Origin: Botryllus schlosseri
Taxonomy: Eukaryota
Reading direction: 5' to 3'
Length of the DNA stretch: 64,000 nt
NCBI GenBank assembly: GCA_051294905.1
Contig: CM119372.1
Coordinates: 3,102,001 to 3,166,000, forward strand
Shown: piece after piece, positions 24,501 to 34,677 of the stretch
Numbering within the stretch: the stretch's first letter is position 1
How the letters are laid out: every line of letters begins with the position of its first letter
The notes under the pieces: model-generated
Databases searched by the model: none
What the model was told of the DNA's origin: nothing
Seen by the model: only the letters and a program-made list of their open reading frames with translations
Made by a program: the position numbers and the translations under genes

Positions 24501-27500
24501 ATTATTATCAAGTGATTTGGAGAACAGGGTATGCGTATAAATATATATATGTATATATATATGCCCTAATCCTAACCCTAATCCTAACCCTAACGCTAAT
24601 CCTAACGCTAATCCTAACCCCTAACCTCCAAATCACTTGATAACATTGTGTGAAATTGTATTACGAACTAATGTGTAACATATTACATAATTATAATATT
24701 ATCAAGTGATTTGGAGGTTAGGGGTTAGGTTTAGGGTTAGGATTAGCGTTAGGGTTAGGATTAGGGTTAGGATTAGGGTTAGGTTAGGATTAGGGTTAGG
24801 TTAGGGTTAGGGTTAGGTTAGGTTAGGATTAGGGTTAGGGTTCAGGTTATATAATGGTATTGTAACTGTTGTTGTTACTCTGGCCCTGGCCGAATTTACC
24901 GAGGGCCGAATTCACCGAGGGCCGAATTCACCGACGGCCGAAATGACCGAGGGCCGAATTCGACGGGCCGAATTTACTTTGGGGCGAGTTTACTGGCAAC
25001 CAATTCCAACGTCTGCGTTTACAATTAAATCACTTGTGTTCCTCAAAGGGCATACGATTAGTTAACGGCAGATTACGAATACAACAAAGGGAACATACAA
25101 ATATGTCAGCTTATTCCTTCGTTAGAGTCAGTGTTTTAACGGTTGAATTCAAACGATCAATCTTTGAATTTTTGCCAAAATTCCGTTGTTTGCGAGTAAA
25201 GGTGCTGCTAGAATATATCCATATGATATGATCGTGAATGTTATGTAATATACCAAAATGTATACAGGATTCATAATAAACTATTCAAGCGAAAAGTAAG
25301 GTCGGGTGTTTTGATGTACCGTAACATTCTGGAATGATTTGACTGATCCGGCCCACGAGCGGTTTGAAAGTTTGAATCTGGCCAGCGACGCAAGTTGAGT
25401 TTGATACGGATACCCCTGGCTTAGGATTTCGTACCTGAATCATCTTTTCCAGCGTGATTGCAAACTTTTCTGGCAATATTCCTTTGTATCGCACGTCCAA
25501 TGTATTTCGCACGGCATCGTGCTAGAAGCGAGAGGCGAAATGATCCCTTTCTATCACATAAGCATTCAACGTCATGATCCGTAATGCCATAACGCTTCCA
25601 TTTTCGTGTAGTTTAATGTCAGAAAATGTAATACATTCTTATAAGCCATAGCTTCTGTTCACCATTAAACTGTAACGAAAATACATACGTCTTCAGAAAC
25701 AGGACTGAGAATAACTTGCCAGATTTGAGCTCGGATACTGCTATACCTACAATATCTGCTATCAACACCTGCAATATTCTAAAGCTAGAGTTAAGCTGAG
25801 GCTTCGAAACCCTCAATATCTTACAGCAACGCATCTTGTTATTATCCAATAAGAAAACATCGCGTCGATATAATATCTATCTCGGAAAATTCAGCCGCAC
25901 GTGCTCAGGCTCAGACATGTCTGACGTCTGACGCCGCTATGTCTGGAATATTTATGACGTCACAATGTACTGTTCGCTCGAGCAGCTACGAATTCATGAT
26001 CAAACAATTCATAAGGCCATTCGCAGGAAAAAGGTAAAGGACGACTACTACTCTCGGCGCAATGGCAAAGGAGCATGGCGGCTAAACACCAGCTCCAGTG
26101 TTTTGATATATATAGTTTGCATCATACATGCGTTAAGGAGTCTACAATGGTGGCAGAACTGGTACAACAGATAATTACACAAAATATCATACCTGCGGTA
26201 AAACTACAAAACATACCAAATTCGCTTGCCATGGTACTATTGCTAGACCTTGATGTCTCAAAGGATACTATTTATAAAGCGATATAAACGATTGTATCTG
26301 CAATGCCCAAATGTTCGGATACCATTCACCGATTAGCAATCAGCAAGGCCATCGATGTCGTAATTTGCTTGATGATTGAAACATGATGTAATGACGAAAA
26401 TCACATATATATATGTCCAATTGTCCATAAGACCGTAAGCGTGTAAAATGATCGAATTGTGAGTGCAATAGCAATGTTGCAAATAATGATTATCCAGTAA
26501 ATCGCTTTTACGAATGCAAAATTAAATCCGGAACACTTATTATCCAGTAAATTGCTTTTACAAATCCAAAAGTAAATCTGAAATACTGGTTATCCCGTAA
26601 ATTGCTTCTACGAATTTAATCTGTAATTTTTTTACCCTCTAAAAACAAGTAAATTTACTCTTGACGTGCCCGTATATTAATTTAACGGGCATTTACCGTT
26701 AATATAACTGACGGGACAAATTTGCCGGTATAATTTGGGTAAATCTACGAATATTTCTAAGAGTGCAGACCAGAATTATAATTATAGCAACACCGTTTTT
26801 TTCAACTTAGAATTATAGCTACACATTTTATTTCCAAATTAGAATTGGAATTACTGAATCTGTCACAACTTGGACATTGAAACAAGTTGAGTTTATATTC
26901 AATCATAGTCCATTCTCATTAGCATGAGAATAGCAAGTGTCCGTACGTCAAGCTTGGCTCGTTTACGACTGTATATTAGGGCTCTTCAAAAATGACTTTT
27001 TTTCTCAAATCGTACCGGCTACTTGATAAAATTGTTAGGTTACCTAATTCAAGCCTACACACAAAATTTGGTTCAATTCCAGCCAGTAACCGCTTTGCTA
27101 CAGGAGAAGTAAGTTTATAGTTATTATATAAAAATAAATAACAAAAAATTTGAAAATTTTCTGTTCACCCCATGAAAGTGTTAGGCTGTCTATAGAAACG
27201 ATGCTCACCAAATTTGGTTCAATTCCCACCAGTGGAAGCGGAGTTATTGCCGTCGAAAATTTGGATTTGAATAAAATAGTATTTACGGTGACCGATTCTT
27301 TGTTTATTTATTATAGTTGTGCTCACCGTAAATACTATTTTATTCAAATCCAAATTTTTCAACGGCAATAACTCCGCTTCCACTGGTTAGAATTGAACCA
27401 AATTTGGTGAGCATCGTTTCTATAGACAGCCTAACACTTTCATGGGGTGAACAGAAAATTTTCAAATTTTTTGTTATTTATTTTTATATAATAACTATAA

Positions 27501-29122
27501 ACTTACTTCTCCTGTAGCAAAGCGGTTACTGGCTGGAATTGAACCAAATTTTGTGTGTAGGCTTAAATTAGGTAACCTAACAATTTTATCAAGTAGCCAG
27601 TACGATTTGAGAAAAAAAAGTCATTTTTGAAGAGCCCTACTGTATATAGTTCTCCTAGAATTATAATTGTAGCATAGAAACATTTGACAAATTTAATACG
27701 GATTGGATTACGCTCGTCTTGCTGTATATGTGGTCCAATTAGAGAACTAGAATTATCTAGTAAGTTGTACTAGTCTGCTTCAAAGCCCTTTACAACACTT
27801 CTGGCGCGCATCAGGAATTTTATTTGTAATTGTCAGCCGATAGTATGAAGGAATTTTCTCTTTACGATATCAGCGCGTGTTATTTACAGTACGGTACTGC
27901 CGGTCAACGGGCGAAGTTCAGCCAGATATGTACCGTACGTCTGTTAAACTAAACCGCACGAAAGACAGGCTTCCTTCATAATATCAAAATCAACGCCTAA
28001 GCTCCTACCTACACACGTCCTTTAAAATTACATTTTACTGTACAGAAGCCTACTGCTTGTATGTTTGCGTCTTAGGTAAGCACTAGTTTTTGCAACTTTT
28101 GCAACTTTTTTTACAGCTTCTGGAAGCTTCGTAAATACTCATAATGTATGTAGTATGGTGTTTTAATCTGTTTGGAGGAGTTTTATGCTGCAACTTTTGT
28201 CTATATTTTTCATGCAACTTTTTTCTGCAACTTTTATCAAGTATTGCGCAAAATATGCTATAAAACTATAATAAAGACTACAGTAATGGATTTCATGTGA
28301 CAATGCGGCCCACATTAGGCGCCGCCGCACCGGACGCAGGTATACTGTGTATGCCGTGTTCACCTAGCAATTTTGTCGGGTATGCGGCATACCCACTATT
28401 CCGTTAGTCATGAAACTCCCTGAACTAACTGGTAAATTGTGAGAACCCTATGTAAATAAAAATGTAACCATGATCGATTGAATAGCGAAAGAAGAAACGG
28501 AACAAGCAGACACCATGCACATTTTAAACTGCTGGAACCTTTCGAGTATCTCATACCCTCATGATTTCAAAAAATTGTATAAATGCAACTTCTGCAACTT
28601 TTGTTAAAATTAAAAAATAACTGCAACTTTCTCAGGTTTTTAGTGCAACAAAAACTTGCCCTAGTAATCACCCGTTCCATCAGTAAATCTGTTTTATTAA
28701 TATTTTCATCATTTCAAAACATCACAAGACTGCGATACAATTAAAAGATAGGAAGGTGTCGAAACAACTTGGAGTAGCCTTTGAGATCAGACACCCACCT
28801 CAGCGTAGGCGAAGTAAAGAAGAGGCATGCACGCTGAACGAAAAGTAATGCAGAGCTTACGGGTATATTTACTTGAAGTATATAGCGTAGCCTGTTACTC
28901 ACGTTAGCGCTCGATTGAAAGAATAACTTCCTTTGCAGCTCCTGTCGGTTCGGGTCTTGTAGCGATGACTTGTGCAACACTCAGCAATACATCTCGTTGA
29001 AGCAAGAATTCACGAAGGCCACGCCTGCTCCCCCGACTACAACCAGCAACTCGCGTCAGCCCAAGGCGGGCCTCATTTATCATACCATCCTTTTCGGAAT
29101 GGCCTCCAAGCTACTCCTATGA
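3320..29122 (+). CDS. Gene A: putative GPI-anchored surface protein, split Ly6/uPAR-like three-finger domain with ~600-aa insert; join(3320-3512,5722-6449,7784-7949,10251-10537,15403-15525,16671-16987,22477-22734,28939-29122), 751 aa
   Basis: All seven introns are GT-AG with compatible phases 1,0,1,0,0,2,2. The spliced CDS is 2256 nt with no internal stop. Every exon has a collinear paralogous exon in gene B. Confidence 0.88.
3575..3882 (+). mobile_element. Possible decayed tRNA-derived SINE with (TG)n-type tail
   Basis: GGGGGAGATAGGGCAGTGG A-box-like start, degenerate B-box (tcgattccc), 3' cattgtgtgtcttgtata repeats and (TG)n at ~3860-3882. Confidence 0.45.
5212..5265 (-). mobile_element. 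Penelope pseudo-LTR / hammerhead remnant
   Basis: Reverse complement gctgtcggtcactcCTGACGAatgtcagccGAAAatata matches 2412-2449; the 3' strand of stem I is missing. Confidence 0.7.
5722..6449 (+). CDS. Gene A exon 2
   Basis: Acceptor tattttag|AT, donor CAG|gtatgg; RYGAC...YLDC followed by amphipathic helical sequence; paralog 35322-36034. Confidence 0.92.
7068..7160 (-). mobile_element. Degenerate Penelope pseudo-LTR remnant
   Basis: Reverse complement gacgtcata...ttgctgacggtatcccc...tgtcagccaaaa resembles ~690-790; catalytic core lost. Confidence 0.5.
7784..7949 (+). CDS. Gene A exon 3
   Basis: gtcgttcag|ACG ... CCTG|gtaatt, 166 nt; paralog 37303-37468 has the same length. Confidence 0.9.
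10251..10537 (+). CDS. Gene A exon 4
   Basis: tatttcag|GT ... AAG|gtaaaa, 287 nt; near-identical paralog 44840-45126. Confidence 0.92.
11985..13380 (+). mobile_element. 5'-truncated non-LTR retrotransposon of the CR1/L2 group (RT C-terminal part, 3' UTR, microsatellite tail)
   Basis: ORF 11985-12965 with [53 protein letters not shown] at 13348-13353 followed by (TC)n. Confidence 0.92.
13445..13720 (+). mobile_element. tRNA-derived SINE, full length
   Basis: A-box TAGCGCAGTGG, CTGCAA anticodon-loop-like segment, B-box GGTTCGACTCC, (CAAA)n tail, imperfect flanking repeat aactgc(g/a)cagcc; second copy at 16198. Confidence 0.85.
14370..14628 (-). pseudogene. Decayed hAT (Charlie/GTF2IRD2-like) transposase C-terminal fragment with element end
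   Basis: KFYASQNESKFANLGKIDMKLL...LEISSS resembles the region around the hAT dimerisation domain; GCGGGCCG subterminal motifs and a ...cctg end at ~14628. Confidence 0.45.
15403..15525 (+). CDS. Gene A exon 5 (absent from the ORF track)
   Basis: cctgcag|GTT ... CAG|gtagtg; VFNDEFKKYPAINVGGMITELVTQMGGTVPNELRPMLTSLQ; paralog 45568-45690. Confidence 0.92.
16097..16195 (-). mobile_element. 3' fragment of the same tRNA-derived SINE, inverted
   Basis: Reverse complement matches ~13620-13720 including the (CAAA)n tail. Confidence 0.8.
16198..16602 (+). mobile_element. tRNA-derived SINE interrupted by a 120-bp MITE (16228-16347)
   Basis: Homologous to 13445-13720. The insert has TIR CAGACGTGGACA/TGTCCACGTCTG and TSD atccacac/atccacgc, between the A and B boxes. 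Confidence 0.85.
16671..16987 (+). CDS. Gene A exon 6
   Basis: ttgccag|CCC ... AA|gtacgt, phase 0 to 2; paralog 46660-46973. Confidence 0.9.
17173..18600 (+). mobile_element. TAGGGATGGTGTGAAC-family non-autonomous element (truncated) containing a nested MITE
   Basis: Collinear with 51914-52777 and 62318-63264. Confidence 0.75.
17639..18175. mobile_element. hAT-type MITE
   Basis: TIR TAGAGGTCGACCGAT, perfect 8-bp TSD gtacagag, subterminal (g)ccgata motifs. Confidence 0.9.
18840..19002. repeat. Dispersed repeat; inverted partner at ~28694-28855
   Basis: ggtgggtgtctgat...gtttcgacaccttcctatctttt...gaaatgatgaaaatattaataa is the reverse complement of ~28694-28855. Confidence 0.85.
19186..20424. 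mobile_element. Non-autonomous DNA transposon with internal ~320-bp tandem duplication
   Basis: Ends CACGGCC/GGCCCTG, TSD ctccctac/ctcactac; related opposite-strand copy at ~54442-55139. Confidence 0.65.
22477..22734 (+). CDS. Gene A exon 7
   Basis: ccattacag|A GCG ... CCG AA|gtaaga, 258 nt, phase 2-2; same length in genes B and C. Confidence 0.92.
23704..25418. mobile_element. hAT (CAGGGGTGTCAAAC-type) non-autonomous element
   Basis: TSD gcctagga/gcttagga; collinear with 38499-40409. Confidence 0.75.
24179..25001. mobile_element. DNA transposon with 37-bp perfect TIRs and internal telomere-like arrays
   Basis: TIR GGTTGCCAGTAAACTCGCCCCAAAGTAAATTCGGCCC; TSD aattctaa/aattccaa; ggccgaatt subterminal repeats; CCCTAA-like array ~24564-24626 and TTAGGG-like array ~24716-24840. 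Confidence 0.88.
26977..27639. mobile_element. Foldback (palindromic) hAT-type MITE
   Basis: ~315-bp near-perfect inverted arms starting TAGGGCTCTTCAAAAATGAC, ~31-nt spacer, perfect 8-bp TSD ctgtatat. Confidence 0.93.
28939..29122 (+). CDS. Gene A exon 8: three-finger closing motif + GPI-type tail (absent from the ORF track)
   Basis: cctttgcag|C TCC TGT; SCRFGSCSDDLCNTQQYISLKQEFTKATPAPPTTTSNSRQPKAGLIYHTILFGMASKLLL*. Confidence 0.9.
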
Positions 29123-31759
29123 CTGAATTGAATAGTTGTCGGCAATATCCTGTGTAGTAATTCAACGTAGCCTATATACCATGCATCGTCCTCGGTATCC
29201 GAAAGCCCGCGGTTGTCGGCTTTAAAAGTAGCCCATGTAATATATATACGTGCCGCTGTAAACCAAGATGTATTAAATAAGCCTTGACATTTCCCACTAA
29301 TATTGAAACTTCCCCTACGGACGGGTAGGCCTATTAGTGTTGGGGGTGAGAAATATTAAGGTTGGGGATGGCCGATATTAGGGTTAGGGTGGGGACGTTA
29401 GATTGGAGGTTTTCGTAGGCCCCGCCGAACTCTCATTTTCACGGAGTCACCAAACAGAAATCTGCCACAGTAGCACAGCACAGATAATATACATTACTGT
29501 ACTGGTGCACATTATGGACTGCACATCAGCAACAGTGCCCAACGTACAAAACCATTAAAACATGATTTTCACATTTAAAAAATGATTATGATGAATATTT
29601 ACTCCAAATCAGTGCGACTTCAACTGTATGAGTCTTGACCTCCGATGAACGCTATCTGATCATACTTCAGGACGAGGTGGGGTGGCATCATCCTGTGATT
29701 TTCTAATTTGACTTGGAACGCGCTGATGAATTGTATGTTTCAAACGCTGACGTGTGCGACCTAACTATCGACTGTCACAGCTTCAGTGCTGCACGTAGAC
29801 TTAATCGGTATATTATGTTACTCTGGTGCAGTGATTCCCAAACTGTGTAGCCTATACCGCGACACGTTAGTGTGCCGCCACAGGTTCTCAGATGCGCCGC
29901 GAATCTTGCTGTAATTTTCGAAAAGAACTTCATAAATGTTCAAAATGAGACATATGGAGGCTAGTATATGCGACATGATAGTGCCTTAAATGCTTCATAG
30001 CTAATATAAAAGCACAATTAATTCGTCTCACTCTCAAAAATTACTCCACTAAATGTGGGTGCACTACCTGGACCTCAACTTGTGATGCAATAATACTTTT
30101 CAAGATATTGTTGTTCACAATTTTAGACTGGTATAGTCTGGTAGCTAGTCATTCGGAAGCAACGAATCAAGCAATCAGAATTTTGTAGCCATTTTACATA
30201 TCTATGACTATGTGAAAGCTTTTTTTTCGTATTGACTGAAATTAAAATATGTAGGCCTACCCGAGAGAGACTGCTTGGAATTGACGATGAGATGTGGGTA
30301 CGTTTGTCAACAATCCAATCTCGTTTCAGTCGTATATATACGATGTATGTTCGTATAAATAGGCATAGCCATATCATTACCACGTGAATACATATGAACC
30401 TAACGGCAGAGGAGCTTTGTCACAGGGATGACGTTACATATTTTACACAACACCTGTGTGTCATAGCGAAACCTCGCGTCTCATTAAACGCTTAGTCCAT
30501 TCCCTAAAGTTTTGTCATACAGCGCAAGTCATTCAGTATCTTCCTACATAAATAGACGATGCGGTTCCATTCAACAACGGATTTCATCTAGCCATGCGCA
30601 ATTGTGCGTCGGAAATATTAGTAACGAGCTCCGTGAGAGCCGCGTGAGCACAGGCAATTTAGAAATGATCATCGCGAAGTGAGCCTAGTAACATATACGT
30701 CAAGCAAGCAAGGCTATGGTGAACTCAGTTTTCGATGAGCAGGCGTTTGTTTTTCGTCTTCGCCCCACGGAGTCCGAAAGGGAATCTGGTAAATAATTCC
30801 CGAGCTTGGACGCCTAGATTGGCGCCTCCGCGCACAGTGCGACAACGCAACTGAACTCGGAGACGCTGGCGTGCGTCCCAAGACGAATTATATTTTTTGT
30901 TAAGGAGTGGAAACCCTACCTACCCAGTTCTCCGAATGTCAAGTGAAGAAATTGACCCAATCGTATGTAAACGGCATGAGTGTAATAGCCCTTCGCAGTA
31001 ATCAGTACCCAAGAAGTATCTCTTGGTTTCAAAAGGTTGGTGGCCCCTGAAACAATATAAACTTGCTTTCCAGTCGAGGACGATGTTAATGCGAAGTACT
31101 AAACGCTGTTTCAAATATTGAAGGCAATTTCATAATATACATTCAGTTTGATCCATAGAAATGAAATAGCCAATGTTGTCTACTCTATTTGACTTATAAA
31201 TACTATCAGCAATTTGCGGACAAGAGTATAGGCGTCGCTCGCAAAATGTAACGGGCTGATTTTAGTCTCTGCATCCTCCATAACCGTTCGTTTACAACGA
31301 ACTCGATCGCAAAACGGTGGTGTGATTCTACTAGATAACAATGTATCGCATTGACGATTACAGAATAATTTTCAACGTGACTACCAACAGTTTACGAAAG
31401 CATGCTCGAAATCGTTACCTTTGGCGTGAAACATATGAACATTTGCGAATCCCCCTGACTGGAGCTTGACTTGATACAGAGACGATGCCACATTATGCCA
31501 CGATGCCACACAATTAAATAATAACAATCAAGTGTAAGCGTGTCCGAAATATAGGTCTCCGGGGTCAATGCGATTGAGTGCCAAGGTCTGCACTCTGCAG
31601 TGTGCACTGTGCAGTGTAGTGAAGTACAAGTTCAGTGCTGTACTGACTGTGCGTTGTCCTTGTTGAAGTATTCATGGTGTTAACCATTTTACCACAGAAC
31701 AATATTCTTATTGACTGTTCCTGTGCTGACGATTCATAACTCTGTTCACGTTCGTTCTA

Positions 31760-32440
31760 GCTAGGATTTTGTGAGACACGGCTTTTGCGGGTTGGCTGGC
31801 GACGAAGAGCCAATGCTTCAGTCGCTTTCGCTTTAATGTTTTTGAGCGTCGGATAAGACTTATAGAAGGCATGGCAATTTGATGCTAGTGACAACGCTTC
31901 GTAGTTTTACAAGCTGTTATTGTCTTATGTAGCCGGTACAGCGTATTCGCAAATTGTTAGCTATTTATTTGCGCATTGTTGTCGACCATATAATCCGAAA
32001 CCTTCGCTTCGACTTTCGCTATGTATGAATCAGCGGTTGCGCACTACCGGTCGTGTAGATGTAAGACGCCTTGGTATTTGACATACAGGTAGTAGGTGAA
32101 GTGTCAAGAGTTCTTGAAGCAGGGGCGTTGCAGCGATCTGTACAGAATATGAATGCGGTTGTCAAGTTTGGTTATCTGCGTCGTCCTGGTATCCGATATG
32201 GTTGTGCCGTGATGATATATTAGGGTTTGTCAATGGGATGTACTTTTTTCTGTGGATCAATGCGTCGGCAGAACATTAAATCTTTTTTGAACGAGAATTT
32301 AATTACTAGGCAGTTACATATACTTGGTGAGCAATCGTAAATCTTCCAGTAAGGAACGATTTTCACAGCGGACCGTAATTTTAACAATTTCACCCGCTAT
32401 TTGGCATATAACATTACAAATACGCTTATACTTCGTGAAT
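31760..32440 (-). pseudogene. Possible highly decayed Penelope-like 3' region (thumb + GIY-YIG remnants)
   Basis: Hand translations such as IAGEIVKITVRCEN...DLRLLTKYM, C...KGVLHL...DSYIAK and TEALALRRQP echo Penelope motifs in the right order, but with stops and frameshifts. Confidence 0.3.
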
Positions 32441-33594
32441 TAGTTTATGGTGTGTATAGGGTCAGAGTTCAACAACTGCAAAATTTTCAGCTTCTCCAAA
32501 TTAGATTAGAATTCGAATTATAGCTACACCACACTAGACGCTGCTCATTAGAACCTCCCAACTTCAGTTCATCTCCATGGTACTGTCTTAGATGCTTCAT
32601 CACGTGGGTCTGGGTGATCGAGCTTCAACAGCATCGCAAGTATACGTTCTGTACGAATCAAAGAAGTGTCTAGCTCTGCTGGTGAGATACATCTGGCCTA
32701 GCTACAGATATGGTCAAATTAGTTCTAGTCGGCACTCAAATAAAAGTGAAGTCGTAAACTTCAACTCGATTAGAAGCAGTTATTATCTAGTAAGTAAAAA
32801 AGTAAGAATGTCAAGCCTCGCGTTTCATAGCAAACTAAAGGGGTAGACTACTCCTGGAATTGGAAAATCAGTAAAACACCCATAACTTCAAAACTAAGGT
32901 AGCAATATTTCTGAAAGTTTAATCGTGGCCTACGTTTACTTGTCGTAGGCCCCGTTCAAACTCAAGTTGCTTTGCTGGACGTCCTAATTTTGATAAAAAT
33001 TTGGTCGTAACTGGTCAAGTTTTTATCGACTTTCATTTGGTTTTGTGATTTTCCAAACTAATTTTTTGGAACATTTTCAGTTCGACATTTTTGTGTGAAT
33101 TTTTTTCCGCGATGCTCTTTATGGATTCAAATCATTCTAAAGAACAGGATGATTTTTTTTCGATAAATTAGAATACTTATACTCTAACGAACCCATGAGG
33201 GTATATACCTGCAGATTTTCGAGGGTATCGGTTGATTCTGTTCATCTTCGAACATGATTCCTAGATCTTTAAAATTTCCTGGTAACCCCTAAACTGCCAA
33301 GGAAGAAGTAATAGCCTAAACCAGTGGTTCCCAAAGTGGCCGCCCGCATAAGTTAACAGCGCACATTCAAACGCATTTACAACGAGGACTAGGAAGTTTT
33401 AGCGCACATCGCACCACAACGAAATACGATGATTTGGAACAGAAATTGCCTTGATGCTTGATTTAACTGATTGTGCCTGTCGTCCTAGAATTCTTATGAA
33501 AATGTGAATCTGACATAGCGTACATATTGTATATCAGGATGCCAATAAATTAGATCAACACAAAAATTTACGCGATTGTGTACTGACTGTGCAA

Positions 33595-34038
33595 TAGGGC
33601 TCTTCAAAAATGACCTTTTTTCTCAAATTGTACTGGCTACTTGATAAAATTGTTGGGCTACCTAATTTAAGCCTACACACCAAATATGGTTCAATTCCGA
33701 CCGATGAACTGGTCACACTAAATACTATTTTATTCATAATCCAAATTTTTCGACGGCAATAACTCCGCTTCCACTGGTTGGAATCGAACCAAATTTGGTG
33801 AACATCGTTTCTATAGACAACCTAACTGTCCTAACACTTTCATGTGGTGAACATAAAATTTTCAGATTTTTTGTCATAAATTTTTATATAATAAATAGAA
33901 ACTTTCTTCTCCTGTAGTAATGCGGCTACTGGTTGGAATTGAACCATATTTGGTGTGTAGGCTTGAATTAGGTAGCCTAACAATTTTATCAAGTAGCCAG
34001 TACGATGTGACAAAAAATGTCGTTTTTGAAGAGCCCTA
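33595..34038. mobile_element. Second copy of the TAGGGCTC foldback MITE (left arm shortened)
   Basis: Same TIR as 26977-27639; perfect TSD ctgtgcaa. Confidence 0.9.
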
Positions 34039-34291
34039 CTGTGCAATGAACCAAACATTTTGTCGGGACTAGAAAGGGGATTAGGGGACGTTGATACCTG
34101 ATTTAATGCCCAGAGGGGCGTTGCGTAAACAATAAAACACAGGCCTAAACCATTGGTTCCTAAACTCTTTTGATCGCGGAGCCCTTTAAGTTTTGCGGGC
34201 CGTTGCGCGTACCCCCTAAATTTCAGAGCCCCTGTTCCAAACCATAACTAATCGAGGGAGTAGTGTAAGGAGGCAAAATCTGGTTGAAGTG

Positions 34292-34301
34292 TATATAAAA
34301 G
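34292..34301 (+). promoter_or_regulatory. Candidate TATA box upstream of gene B
   Basis: TATATAAAAG about 190 nt before the ATG at 34485; motif match only, in AT-rich DNA. Confidence 0.3.
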
Positions 34302-34484
34302 TACTTCATCTACATAACCCTGCGAATCTGTTCAATTACCAAGGCTCAACCCAGCCCTGTTTATGAGAACCTTCGTAGTTTTTGCATTGTGACTCGGTAC
34401 ATCACTATCTTCCTTATGTCCTTACAGAGGTAGCGTTTATTTGAATTCTTATAGCTGATTGCGTTTGTTCATTTGTTTGCGACT

Positions 34485-34677
34485 ATGGCGCCATCGTCTC
34501 TCGCTGCATTTGTGATTTGTCTGCAAGTATTTATTTCCTCATCCTACGCTTTGAAATGCCACGAAGGCTTCAACATGTCTTTCAATGGGATCCCCCTTTA
34601 TTACTGGACGGAACGCGAATGTACCGGCAACAGCGAATGCATGGGTCAGGAATTCGCAGTAGACGTTTTGTTGGCAG
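34485..34677 (+). CDS. Gene B exon 1
   Basis: MAPSSLAAFVICLQVFISSSYA|LKCHEGF...; donor CAG|gtgagg; 193 nt as in gene A. Confidence 0.9.

Larger units (their letters stand above)
22996..26765. mobile_element. CACTA/EnSpm-like non-autonomous element
   Basis: Termini CACTGTTAAAAATAT / ATATTTCTAAGAGTG (13 of 15 match), 2-bp TSD CA, subterminal repeats (gcagcagttttacg...gagaccagtaaatt x3; ttatccagtaaat x3). Confidence 0.7.
22913..27777. mobile_element. Old CAGACTTG-family MITE split by nested insertions
   Basis: Degenerate TIRs cagacttgctcaactgga / agttgtactagtctg, TSD cttcataa/cttcaaag, family repeats (aaattagattagaa) at both ends. Confidence 0.6.

Noticed and set aside
24564..24840. Telomere fusion site or true chromosome end
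   Set aside because: The arrays are short, degenerate, in CCCTAA...TTAGGG order (opposite to a fusion) and enclosed by TIRs and a TSD.
28752..28800. Hammerhead in the ggtgtcGAAAc...gacacc hairpin of the dispersed repeat
   Set aside because: No CUGANGA box in either copy.
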